Notes under the pieces: model-generated
What the model was told of the DNA's origin: nothing
Databases searched by the model: none
What the model saw: the letters and a program-made list of their open reading frames with translations, nothing else
Source: Nemertoderma westbladi
Lineage: Eukaryota; Animalia; Xenacoelomorpha
Length of the DNA stretch: 58,877 bases
Reading direction: 5' to 3'
Assembly (NCBI GenBank): GCA_032718475.1
Contig: JAUCBJ010001357.1
Location: forward strand, 1 to 58,877
Shown: positions 10,428 through 22,570 of the stretch, piece by piece
How positions within the stretch are numbered: the stretch's first letter is position 1
Layout of the letters: each line of letters begins with the position of its first letter
Translations under genes and position numbers: made by a program

Positions 10428-11687
10428 ATGTCAATTATTAAGGAATTAGATTTATTTTCTACACAACCAATACAGACTGAATTTAAAGCAAAGCATTATG
10501 AAACAATTTACCCAGTATCCAATCTCAGAAGTGAGTCTAGGGAAGTCACGTTCCTTGTACCAAGATCCAATGAATTCTATACGAAACTGCAAGATGCGTT
10601 ATTAATTACAAAATGTACTGTACGGTGGGATAGACGACTTGAAAACTCCCATATTTATATGTTGAATTACCCCGCTGGAACTATGTGGAGTGATATTAAA
10701 ATAGACCTTAATGAGAAGCAGGTTGAAAATAGCAATAACCATTATTTCTACAAGTCGTACTTATCCAATTTACTATTTAGAACATATGAAACTAAAAATG
10801 GGCTACTGGGGGCGGGTGGCTTTCATCAGCCTTTATCCGAACACGGAAATGAAATTGATCCTGGTGTGCATCCTATTGGCGATGCCTTTAGTAAACAAAT
10901 GCAATTTGTAAGTGGATTGACAATTGATTTTGATACTGAAACTAAAATAATACAACCCGGGTATGATTTAAGAATGCATTTTAGAAAAGTATAAAATTCG
11001 TTTATTTTTAAAATCACTCCAAACGCAAACGCTGTGACAAATCTTCGGCTAGAATTAGATGAAGTAAAAATCCTAATCCCTAGAATGGAGGTTAATCCCG
11101 TAATAGAAAGCAGTCACCTAAAAGGTTTAGAGAGTTACGATATTGAATATCAATTTCAAAAAAAGGAGGTTACAACATTTACTATTCCCGCTCAAACCAC
11201 AAATTACACCCAAACAAACATATTTGATGGTAAAAAACCCAAATTAGTTATTATTGGTTTTATAACAAATAATTCATATTCGGGAGAATTAATTAGCAAT
11301 CCCTTGAAATTTGAACATTTTAACCTTAGATGCGCGGAAGTGATTGTAGACGGTCTTCCAGTAGGTGGTGTAATATACGAGCCTAATTTTACAGATGGAA
11401 CATATATTTTTGAGTATACACAATTAATGAAGAACATTAATACATATATTAATGGTTATGGGGGTAATAATATAGACCATGAAACATACTTAGGTAATTG
11501 TCCACTCATATCCTGGGACCTAAGCGCCGACGGCTATGTTAGAGATCCGCAACCATCGATATATACTAATGGACAATTAAAATTAAGATTTGCCGAACCG
11601 TTGGTTGAGACCATAAATGTAATCGTTTTTAATATTTATGATCAATCATTAAGTTTAAATAGCAGGAAAGAAATACATATTGATTAA
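10428..11687 (+). pseudogene. Major capsid protein (double jelly-roll), ~419 codons with one in-frame TAA at 10992
   Basis: ELDLFSTQPIQT..YETIYP, NHYFYKSYL..LL, PKLVIIGF..N..YSG...NPLKFEHF, WDLSAD, LKLRFAEPL. The two ORF-track pieces share a frame. Confidence 0.88.
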
Positions 11688-11689
11688 GT

Positions 11690-12142
11690 ATGTTATCTAC
11701 AGAGGACCTTGATATGTTTCCAGTGGGTGGTCACTATTTGGAGGCGTTTCCATCTAATAAATTACCTAAATTAGATAATAATAAGCGGAGAGACTATGGG
11801 TTAATAGTAAATACCGATAAAGAGCATCTGCCCGGGGTTCATTGGATAGCTATATATATACGAGATAATGAGGCTGAATTATTTAATTCGTTTGGACCAA
11901 AATATCCAAACAGATGTATCGAAAAATGGCTTGAGAAAAATACAGCAAGGTGGCGTACTACTCGGAAACAATTTCAAGACCCCAGGAGGACCACATGTGG
12001 ATTATACTGTCTTTATTACTTGGTAAATCGAATTCACACAAACTATCCAATGAGAGCGTTTACAAATAATGTGGAAATAAATGAAATAATATTATATAAA
12101 TGGCTTGTTAATTATTATAAAATAAACCAACAAACGTTGTAA
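11690..12142 (+). CDS. Adenain-like cysteine protease (capsid maturation)
   Basis: IVNTD...PGVHWIAI, FNSFG, QFQ.....CGLYCLYYL. Confidence 0.9.
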   Translation: MLSTEDLDMFPVGGHYLEAFPSNKLPKLDNNKRRDYGLIVNTDKEHLPGVHWIAIYIRDNEAELFNSFGPKYPNRCIEKWLEKNTARWRTTRKQFQDPRRTTCGLYCLYYLVNRIHTNYPMRAFTNNVEINEIILYKWLVNYYKINQQTL

Positions 12143-12173
12143 TTAATCATTTAACTTTTGTTTATCAGATAAA

Positions 12174-12716
12174 ATGGATAATATTATTTTTGTTGATTTT
12201 CAATATTATAAGATAGACAATTAGGAATATCCGGTAGTATTTAAAGAATTTGCTATATTCGATTCTAATTACACCAAAACTAATGTAAAGACGTTTTTAA
12301 TTAAAGGCCCACCTAATATTAAGTTATCAGCATTAGATGTAGCTCACGTAAACAATTTACGAGACATGACTTCGCATTTACCTTGGGATTACGGTGACAT
12401 TTCACAAGATGACTTTAAAAAATACATGAAGAGACATTTAAAATATAAAAAAAATATACATGTATTTGGGTTGATGAAGCAGGCAATATTAGTTTCCCAA
12501 CTTGATGTTCTCGCACCAAATTCGATGGAGAAATTGGGGATATATCGACTATATTACAACTATTTAACCCCCTGTCGCTTCCACGATCAATTAACTACAG
12601 TAGAAGATAAATGTAGTTTCCACTTAAACACAAGGGATAACTGTCTGCGGTACTGCTCAGCGAAAAGGGTTAGAGGGTATGTAACGAAGCGTTTAACTGA
12701 GTCAGGTGATAAATAG
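12174..12716 (+). pseudogene. DEDD/RNase H-fold nuclease-like Polinton protein with Cys/His-rich tail; in-frame TAG at 12222
   Basis: Extended translation MDNIIFVDFQYYKIDN*EYPVVFKEFAIFD...FLIKGP...HLPWDYGD...VFGLMK...C..H...C..H...CS. Confidence 0.55.
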
Positions 12717-13140
12717 AAAGAAATAACTGCGGTGGAAGATGTACTCGTACAGTAGGTTTACTCTAAGCTTGTAATGTGGTGGGATATAATATAATTTTAT
12801 TTTGGTGATGATCTTGATGTTAATATAAAAATATAATAAAATATAATTTTTTTACAACAAGTTCTCTAAAAAGAATCAATTGCGCTAGGTAAACCATACA
12901 CATTTAACAATATGATGTAGATGTAACATGTACAGTAAGTATTCTTGACATCATTCTAATATAGTTGTACTGGTATTGCGAAACATCCTATACATCGCAA
13001 ACTAATAACACATACAGTAGTTGACTAGTGATATAACTTTAGTAATATTAGTCAGAAATGCAACATAATCTGTATAGGATGTAATGTTAACCTGTTGGTA
13101 CCAGTACTGATAAATTCAATAATTTATTATAGCCCTAACC

Positions 13141-13918
13141 ACAACTGCTATCCACTTTATCAGTACCGGTAGTGTTTTACTCTTCCAACACTGTAGTCAC
13201 GGTCTACTGGTATCAGTACAGCAGTAATCTGTTGCAATAGCATACCGCTGTCGTGACCTGGATTACATGCAGGGGTCTCACATATAGGGATTAGATCACC
13301 TACCCAAACAATACAGTACTGCAGTACTGTCACTGTTGTTGTAACAGTATAGTCAGATAGAGCATACTGATTTCCTTTGATTAGCATTGTACCGCAGTAC
13401 CGGTACTACAGTATTAATGTAACAGTACCTGCAGTAACAAACTAAGCCAATGTATACAATATCGTGAGCCAGTTACAATCAGATGTGTACGCAGTCAGCC
13501 ACACTGCGGGGATGCGGACAACCTCACAGCTAGCCTCGCAGCTCCAATCTACAACTGTCATCCACTTTATCAGTACCTGTAGTGTTTTACTCTTCCAACA
13601 CTGTAGTCGCAGTCTACTGGTATCAGTACAGCAGTAATCTGATACAATAGCATACTGCTGACATGACCCGGATTGGTCGCGTGGGTCTCACATACAGGGA
13701 TTAGATCCCCTACCCAAACAATACAGTAGGCCTACTGCAGTACAGTCACTGTTGTTGTTGTAACAGTATAGTCAGATAGAGCATACTGATTTCCTTTGAT
13801 TAGCATTGTACTGCAGTACCGGTACTACAGTATTAATGTAACAGTACCTGCAGTAACAAACTAAACCATTGTATACAATATCGTGAGCCAGTTACAATCG
13901 GATGTGCGCGCAGTCAGC
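13141..13918. repeat. ~410-bp tandem duplication
   Basis: ACAACTG..ATCCACTTTATCAGTACC begins at both 13141 and 13551, and the two copies stay colinear. Confidence 0.9.
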
Positions 13919-14010
13919 CTTGCAGCCAGCCTCGCAGCCAGCCTTGCAGCCAGCCTCGCAGCCACCCTCGCAGCCAACCTCGCAGCCAGCCTCGCAACCA
14001 GCCTCGCAGC
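13910..14010. repeat. 12-bp minisatellite (GCAGCCAGCCTC)n, ~8 copies
   Basis: Read directly from the sequence. Confidence 0.9.
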
Positions 14011-14125
14011 TACTACCAGCTAGGCACGCAGTCAGCCCGTGAGAGTCATACTTATTCAAACGAGGTTAGTTTTCCCTAACTACCAATAGATCGATTGAAA
14101 AATAATAATGTTTAATTTTCACCTT

Positions 14126-14680
14126 CTAATCATCAATATATTCTACACCTAAAGTCACAACACCAAACATTAATAAATAATTAACCAGTTTATTAAATAT
14201 AGGGTAATAAATGTGAAATTTGCTAGGTGAACACATTAAAGTACATTTACCAGTATGAAAGCAGCAAATGACTACGGTATTATTTATTCTTATTTTGCAA
14301 TTATTAAAAATTTCAGGTTCATATATAACTTGAAGTTGTACATTATCAAAGACAACATAAAACCCGGTATTGTTTATCAATAACCTATAGACTACAGACT
14401 TAATACTAAAAATATAAGTACATAAATTAACAGATTTTAAAATCAAATTAATACTTGTTTTATCAAATATATGCTTTTTTACTTTTTGGAAATTATACTT
14501 ACTACCTAATAATGTAATACGACCATTTTTAAATATTAATAATGTGGCACCAAATATCTTATATATAAACTGATTTGGTTTGAGTATGTGTTTACCAGAT
14601 AATTGATTTTTTAATTCTTTAAAATTAATCGCTGACACTTGCTGGCAACTTACATTCTTATTAACTATCTGATAGTTCAT
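14126..14680 (-). CDS. TATA-box-binding protein (TBP)-like protein
   Basis: Two half-repeats: ATLLIFKNGRITLLGSK and IYEPEIF...VICCFHTGKCTL, compared with TBP LIFxSGKxxxTGAK and YEPELF. Confidence 0.72.
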   Translation of the reverse strand: MNYQIVNKNVSCQQVSAINFKELKNQLSGKHILKPNQFIYKIFGATLLIFKNGRITLLGSKYNFQKVKKHIFDKTSINLILKSVNLCTYIFSIKSVVYRLLINNTGFYVVFDNVQLQVIYEPEIFNNCKIRINNTVVICCFHTGKCTLMCSPSKFHIYYPIFNKLVNYLLMFGVVTLGVEYIDD

Positions 14681-17600
14681 TGTTTGGCTCCCGATAAATA
14701 GGTATATTGTTTTTTTTTACGGGTTTTTCAACCTTTGTTTGATAGTGACCCCAGGGAAGTGAATAATTTTTATTAACCCAATAAAGTTTATCGTCAAATG
14801 CGCTGAGAGCAAACTTATCTCGTGCTACAGTATACACTTTGTGTAATTGACTCTGAAATTGATGCGTTTCCTTGGAAATTTCTTCGTTATCCTTATATGC
14901 TCTTAAATAATTTTCGTGGCAAATTTTTTTATCCACGACAGCTCTTGTTATTCCTTTCGCCCGTCGTATATTGGATTCATTCCATTCCAAAATTGAATAT
15001 AACTTTGGTCTTAAAAATACAGCTTCCTTAATCTCTCGCGAGGCTAGTTCGTCTTTGCAGTAATAAAGTCTGGATTTATTTTTATTGCTGTAGAGAGGGT
15101 GATCCTTGGGGTAATTGGATGTATCTAGAATATTATTTTTAATTAAGGCTTTTAAGAAATTACTCTGCGATGTATTATAGTAACAACCTATTAAAGAGTC
15201 CGTATCTGATGCTACAATTTCAATACGACAGTTTAATTCTTTCTCAATAGGTAGTAATTTATTATAGTACAACTCATACATATCCAATTTAGCCAAGTCC
15301 AAGACAGTGCTACCAATAAATATAGGCTTATCGAGAGTTACAGAGTCTTTTACTAATAAGTGTCCCGATAAGGAATTGGTATAAATCATGAAATTTTCGT
15401 GATTTATGCGTTTGACGAATTGATCGCATTTCTCATTGCTATTAGCGATACGAAAGTTGCATCGGTCTCGTATCTTCTCTATCGTTTTTCCAAATAACGA
15501 ATTATTCAGCAATTTCGCGACAGCTGTTTTAATGTAACTTTTTGCTAGTCGCCTTTGATTAATATTAAAATCTATATAGGGTTTAAATACAAAGTCTTGA
15601 TGTAAAGAATACAATTTATGGAGCTTAGTAACAATTAAACCTTGTTTTATATAAAATTTTAACAGTTTTAAATTTACATGATAGAATTCTTTATCGAATT
15701 GTATCAACATAAGTTTTGGAGCACACATCTTATACTTGCTATTAGTACCTCTTTGTTTACATACATGATTATATTGTTCCCTCATATATGGTGAAAGCAT
15801 TGTCTCATTTATACTTAAATGTTCTGGGGCTAAGGGTAGTTCTAATGTACGATCATGAATATCTTTGGGATATTTCAAATCGCAAATTAAGAAAAACCCA
15901 ATATCCCCTTCAGTATCAAGATTTGTTAAATAGTTTATTAGTTCTTCTGGAGCGGCATTCTCTAAATATGTAACGTTGACTTGTTCAAAACCTGAAACAG
16001 GTAGCTTTTTACTTAAATTACCCGAATACAAGGAATTGAAATCAATATTAAAAATATGACACTCTTCCTTGCTTGGATCATAATTATCAGTATCTGGTAT
16101 ATTTGATTCTATGTAATGCTTTCGACAGAATGAAACCCCACCCCTAATTGATTTTTCAAAATCTCTATATGTTTGGTAATCTTTTATTAATTCTATTTTA
16201 CATTTATTGTATTTCAGGGCGCAATCATAGGTAAATGACGCGATACTACAGTAAAAAACCACTTCTAATTCGTAGTTTTGTCTACATACTCTCCTAAAAT
16301 TCTCAAATATATCAGCGAGAAGACAAACATTGAGTTTTAAGTATGCTAAAAGATAATCTTTGAGATTCATGCAGTCGAATTATATCCATGATGCGTTGGC
16401 AAAACTATATTCCTCGGGAGTACAGGTATTTTGTGTTAATTTACTATAAAATTTGTCTATTGATGGTAATTTCGAATCATTGAATTTATTTAAATCTGTC
16501 AGATACTCGTAGTGAAATATACCTTTTCGTTTAATTGTTGCATTATTTAAATTCGGATAAAAATATTTCATTTGCTGTTCAGTAATTGGTAGAACTGATG
16601 TTATATCCTCGCTGTCTATATCATTTGTTGAACAATCAACTAAAGTACTTAGGGAAAAGGATAAAAATTGATATGTGTCTAAGACACGTAGCTCAATTTT
16701 TGTATTTGTGTCTTTCACCGGTATATGTATACTCAGTGAAATATACCTTTCAGAATTTTTAGGGATCACCTTTATATCCCAATCGGAATATTTATTGTTG
16801 CAAAACCCAACTTGCAAAAGAAAATGCAAATCGTAGTGATTGCAGTTGTGTGCAGCGAGTATATACATGTGTCGTTTCAACGATAAAGAGTGGTTACATG
16901 CGTTACAAGCGGCCGCTATATAGTTACCAGTAATATGTGAGTGATGTTTGTTTTTCTCAGATTTATCCTTAAATAAAACATTGCAATAAAAGCAAGTTTT
17001 AGCTTTCCAAAAACTTAACTTATCTACATCATTAAGTATCATCTTCTCTCTCGTGTGAGTTTCTGACCACTTATATAATTGGGTGATGTCATTATATACA
17101 GAGTCTAAAAAATCTTGAATACAGTTGTTGTCGATTGTTTTTGCAAAGGTCTTCAAATAAAATTTTGGTGGATTGATTAATTCGGTACTAGGAATAATTA
17201 AATAACTTACAGCGCATGGAATATGATTCTGAATAAATTTACTGTTGCTGACTGGCTCCAAAATAGATTCTATGTCAAAATATATTACAAACAATGCTGG
17301 TAATGTTCTGTCTAAATTTCTAAAGCTAATGTGAGTTCTTTTTTCAGATGGTAGCTTCTCAACTTGACTTTTTCCTCGATAACAAGCAAGACGGTGACGT
17401 TCTAGAACATCCTTGCTGTAAAAAGGAGACAAACACCGTTCACAAAATTTCCTACCTCCAATATGCTTACCTCTTGTATTCATCATCCGATTCAAGTTAG
17501 TTATGCAAACATAATGTGATTGTTTTGATTTATTCTTATTTTTTACAAGTAATATATTCAATAACTCGTTATCTGGAGTGATTTTACTAAATGGTGCCTG

Positions 17601-18674
17601 TCTTAATATAGATACTCGATTGTTGTCGTAGAGTAATAAATTAATTATATATGCTGAATTCTGTTTTTCAAAAAGTTTAATTGCAAGCTGCCATTCTGTT
17701 GGATAATCTTTGTTCCCGTTGTCAAAAATAAAATGATTCATGTAATCTGTGTACTGCAAAGTACGGTTTTTGTGATCTTTCACTTTGCTACTAAATTTTG
17801 CGGCCATAATAGCCCATTTGAAACAGTCATTATCAGCCGTTTGTATATTTATAACACATTGTTTACCTGATAGAGCCTTAGGTAACTCCATATAACCGTG
17901 TCCCTTATATAGTAACGACCTACACTTAGATTCAGCTACTTTAATTTCCATTCTTAATAAAGATTTAACGCGCCACCCTGAGCCACGAGTGTTAAACATG
18001 GCTATTTTTTGAATTAATTTTTCTAGTACATACTCAAACCATGTGTCAAAACTTTCATGTGAATCTATGGTATTAACTGAACCACCTGAAGAACTAAAAT
18101 AGAAAGTTTCTTCTTGGTCACCCTCTGAAAAATGTGATCGATACATGAGTATATTCACACCTAGCCAGGGTCTAACCACATTCATTTCGCTAAGTTTTCC
18201 TAATAATAAGTTTTTAATGTGAGGTAGAATATGAACTATCGACGAATGAATATCAGGAAAATCTTCATCATTCAGAAGATTGTAAACATAGATTTCTAAA
18301 CGGTTATCGTGTGCGGCTCATTCGAGGCTAAAAATTGATGGACCTTGACCAGATTTCAGTCTTTTTCTAGATGCGACAGTATTGTTTTGGTTCGCTCGTG
18401 GTCTAACATGATAATAAAGTTAGTGACAGTCGTGACGTAAATAATTCACATATAAATACTCTTTATTACAAGTAGGGCAAGTTTTTTCATACACATAAAA
18501 CTTCATTTCTTTACATCCCGTAGTTGATTCATGTCGTTTGCATATTTCTTCTGTAGGTGTGAAAACATGACACTTAAAACAAGAATAACCTTCAAAATGT
18601 GACCTTAGGTGGCGTAAATAATTACGTTTAGAAATTTGAAGAGGACAAAATGCACATTTCAATTGTTTATCCAT
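14661..18674 (-). pseudogene. polB: Protein-primed DNA polymerase B (~1337 codons) with N-terminal Zn fingers and EndoVII-like domain; three in-frame stops
   Basis: ORFs 18420-18674, 16380-18185 and 14661-16370 share a frame, with stops at 18420, 18318 and 16380. Motifs: RGSGW, YFDIE, HNCNHYDLH, SIRGG, DFNSLY, KLLNNSLFGK, SDTDS, RPKLY, AKGI. Confidence 0.92.
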
Positions 18675-19219
18675 CTCTTTATTATCCTAAAAACAAATTA
18701 AAATTAATATGAATATTGTTATATATAATCAAAAAAATTCATAAGCTACTCAACCCAAATAAAATATAATATCTAAACTTTAATTGTGGTAATATTTTCA
18801 GAATGAGCTCGATTGAATCAGATGAGCTCTTTATATATATTTCAAGTTTCTACTTATGCCAACCAATCATAAATAACAGTTACATTGGAAACTAATATCA
18901 TAAATAAAGTTGCTTTTACAACTGAATTCTTTATAATAAAATCAAGTCTAAACAAAGATGTGCATAATGCGTTTTTAATTTTCATTGATAAAGTAGGTTT
19001 TACATGCTAATGTTTTATTATGGTGGTGTAATCTCACGCATTTACATGCGAATGTTTTATACCTAATCCCATGCTCACATTAAATATAAACTATCACCAA
19101 TATTTACTCAATAAAGTCACCTTTACATGTAAATACTTTATAATAATCATGCTTTGTGTTAAAAAGTTACCTTTACTAGTTAGTGTGAAACTGAAAAAAA
19201 GTCTCTAGTAAATAATAAA

Positions 19220-20263
19220 TCAATCTGATACTGTTTTTATATGTTCCTTATTGTAATCTGCTACCTCTTCACTTGCTTTTGTAACTTTTATTTTCTTTGT
19301 AGGTATAGAATCATTGTTGGGAATGGAAGATGTTTGAGATGTAGATCTGCGCTTTCTATCACTCGATGTCTCTTCGATGTATGTCTTTGGATTAAATGTG
19401 GATGAAAGTACTTCTGGAAATGACTTATTAACCTTAAACTTCCAAGTTGGTTGATATAGAATCGCGAAACCGTCTGCTATATCAGTTGATGAAACCTTTA
19501 ACATCATATCGTAGAGAAACTCTATATGTGGTATGTCTTTATCGTAATGTAACTGTAAATATTTGCTTTCCTTGTCTGTAATAATTACTTTTTTTTCTTG
19601 TACATTTATTTTTACTTTAAGTCGGTCAGATAAAGCTTTATCGCTCGTATCTAGCTCTGAAAAGACACCTTCGTTACTAATTTCATAATTTCATTCATAC
19701 CACAATGAATTTACTTCCGATGCTGTTAAGTTAAACCCATTATAATACCTAAGACCAATAGCATCAGAATATCTAGCTGAAATCTCCCATAGTCCCATAT
19801 AAGTCGTTCCTTTATATTTACTTACAAAACCAACAACAGATGGGTTGGTTAAATTAACAACAGAACACTGATTTATTATTTCGAGTGGTGGTGATAACAA
19901 TTCTAATATTTCTGTCTTACTCTGAAGCAATAAATTAATGAGTGATTTGTTTAGAATTTGACATTTGCCTTGCTTCTGAATATATACGTTTTCAGTAATA
20001 ACGCAGGTGGAAATATTTAACTTTCCTCTTGTAAATTCTATATTAGGATAAATATTACCTCTTGAAACTGATGATTCCTTTTGTCGGTTGATTAATATTT
20101 CTAAGATGTCTAGAATGTAGAGTGTATCCCAGTAAGAGAAGCACGTTGTTACATTGCTATCGCTTGTGTGTAATATAAAGTACTTGCCATAAACAATACT
20201 ACAGGTATATTTATTACATGTAAATTTCCAAGTATTGTTTGAACTTTTTTTAAATAAATCCAT
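19220..20263 (-). pseudogene. Polinton protein with a PC4-like ssDNA-binding/coactivator segment (~347 codons, in-frame TGA at 19691)
   Basis: The two ORF-track pieces share a frame and the linker is open. VVGFVSKYKGTTYMGLWE...GFNLTASEVNSL resembles PC4 (VxxFKGxxYIDIRE...GIxLxxEQWxxL). Confidence 0.55.
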
Positions 20264-21111
20264 AATTAGAATGAAAACTATTTTGAAAAATAAAAAAACT
20301 AAATAAATGATTATTAGATTGTAAAACTTCGGTTTATATGCTTGCTTTATTACAACAGAGTGACTTACAGTGAATAATATAGTAGTTTCGTGTAACAGAT
20401 GCAACGTGTACAGCTAAAATTATTACATTAGCGTGAGTTAGAGAGTGAAATAGCAGTAACGAGTAACAGATGCAACGTGACCAATGTTAGTCCTATCAAT
20501 CTAACTTATATTCAACTTAGTTGACCGACCAGTCACATATATACATCGATAAAAGAAATCGATTATTATTAATAGTCGAATTAATGTATTCTATGCTATA
20601 GTAATTATGTTAAGGAACTAGAATCTATTTATAAACATCTGCTACCAGTGATGAAGATGAAGAATTCAATGGCTATGGTATAACTCAGATATTTATTGCC
20701 TTTTTCTCTCGTGGTTGGATGGAAGAGTGTGTGGAGAATTGCGGTAAAACACTAGGGTACAGCAACGTGGAGAAGTAGCGGGTGGGTGGATAGGAAATCA
20801 TTGAGTTGACAACAATCAATCAATAACAAACAACACTAAAGAGAGAGGGAGAGAAAAAGTGAAAGGAAGAGTAACCATCATAGCTACGGTAGGTATACGA
20901 ATGGATGGTTAAGTTAGGCTACGTACTGTACAGTACAATATCATATCATATCATCGATTGAATATTTTTTGAATATTCTTTTTCTCTCGAGGTTGGGTGG
21001 AAGAGTGAGTGGTGAGTTGTGAGGAGTTATAACAGTCCCGAGTTCGAACCCAGTTGAATATTTTGTTATCTGAAAAATTGCAAAATTAAATTTAGTTACT
21101 GGTGAAAATTT

Positions 21112-21450
21112 GTAGAAGTTACCTGTAGACACCCCTAGCATCTGTAAAATAAAGGTTGGTGAATATGAAAATACTGGTTGCTGAAAAATAGCGATTTGAA
21201 AAATAGTAGAAGTTACCTGTAGACACTCGTAGCACCTGTAAAATAAAGGTTGGTGAATATGAAAATAATGGTTGCTGAAAAATAGCGAAATGAAAAATAG
21301 TAGAAGTTACCTGTAGACACTCGTAGCGCCTGTAAAATAAAGGTTGGTGAATATGGAAATACTGGTTGCTGAAAAATTGCGATTTGAAAAATAGTAGAAG
21401 TTACCTGATGCTAAGTGTAGACACCCGAACACCTGTAAAATAAAGGTTGG
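21112..21450. repeat. 94-bp subterminal tandem repeat (~3.5 copies) in the presumed right TIR of the Polinton
   Basis: AGTTACCTG occurs at 21117, 21211, 21305 and 21399. Confidence 0.9.
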
Positions 21451-21544
21451 TTATTGGACTGAGTACTAGCGTTGGGTGACTAATAACACCTCTAGCGGAA
21501 GATGCGGGAACTTGAGAAGTTGCCATGGTTACGGATGAAATGCT

Positions 21545-21683
21545 GACATCTGATTGGTTGAAATAATAACGACCATTGGAAAAGGTTGAAATGGTGGCTT
21601 CTGATTGGATGGAGTACTAAAATTGGATGGTAATGATGGGCTATGGGTGACCATGGCGCCGGTTCACACAATTGTATACTACT
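21545..21683 (-). promoter_or_regulatory. Polinton terminus / putative protein-primed origin with two CCAAT boxes
   Basis: Terminal AGTAGTATAC on the minus strand. CTGATTGG occurs at 21550 and 21601. Confidence 0.55.
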
Positions 21684-22297
21684 GATACTCTTCCCACGAC
21701 CACCTCCCTGATCCAACAAACATCTAGGGACTCCCCAACGTAACAGCGTCTGGAGTGGGTGTGTGACTATATTATTTATGTTTGTTTCATTATTTTTATA
21801 CTTATGTATGTATTATTATGTAATTTTATTATAATCGTTTTCTTTAATTTTATTTAGTAGAATGTTATTTTAACGATTATTTAGTAGATTAGTGCAATAT
21901 ATATTAGTGTTTATTACTTAATTACTTATATATTATATATTTAGAGCGACGGCGAGAAATAATTCTTTTTCTCTTTCCTTACTGTCCGTATTACATTACA
22001 AATACGTAACTACAGTAAGATGAAATATCCGTACTTATTAAAGTACAATAAAGCTCCTACTATATTCAAGTATTATTTGGTAAAGTAGAGTATTAGGAAT
22101 GCAAAATTCAGATCCTCGTGTCTCGGCTAAACCAAGCTCTGGGTAGACCTTGGAAACGACTTGCCTCTTCTCACTGACATTGCTTTGTGCGATATTGCTC
22201 TCATACCGTATATTAAATAATACATATAGTAGCGTGATGTCCCTTTAACAGTAGCGTATAACGCAAAATAAATCTGTTAAACCCTTTGACCATCTGT

Positions 22298-22570
22298 AAT
22301 TCTAGTCGATTAAGATATCGCGGCACCCACCGATATACTTGAAAGACAAAATTCTAGAATCAGTGGTTAACGTCCCCAGACAAGTTCTGGAATAAACTGG
22401 TGCCCATCCTAAATATTAACTATTAATATTTATAAAATCTGTCAAATTTTAGATCCTTTAAAATTCTAGTCTATTAAGACATCGTAGCACTTACCGATAT
22501 TTTTAAAAAGACCAATTTCCTAGAATCAAGGATCCTAGTCCCCAGACATGTTCTGGAATAAAATTGTGTC
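22298..22570. repeat. Diverged tandem duplication (~165-175 bp period) in the copy B spacer
   Basis: AATTCTAGTC.ATTAAGA.ATCG...CCCAGACA.GTTCTGGAATAAA occurs twice. Confidence 0.75.

Larger units (their letters stand above)
4743..21683. mobile_element. Polinton/Maverick (adintovirus-like endogenous DNA virus), degenerate; left end not in the window
   Basis: Hallmark gene set (ATPase, integrase, minor and major capsid, adenain, pPolB). The right terminus is ...TATACTACT (AGTAGT on the minus strand), where BEL homology resumes exactly. Confidence 0.93.

Noticed and set aside
4743-21683. Bacterial prophage or free adenovirus contig
   Set aside because: An rve integrase plus adenain plus pPolB, flanked by animal transposons with an exact insertion junction, indicates an endogenous Polinton.
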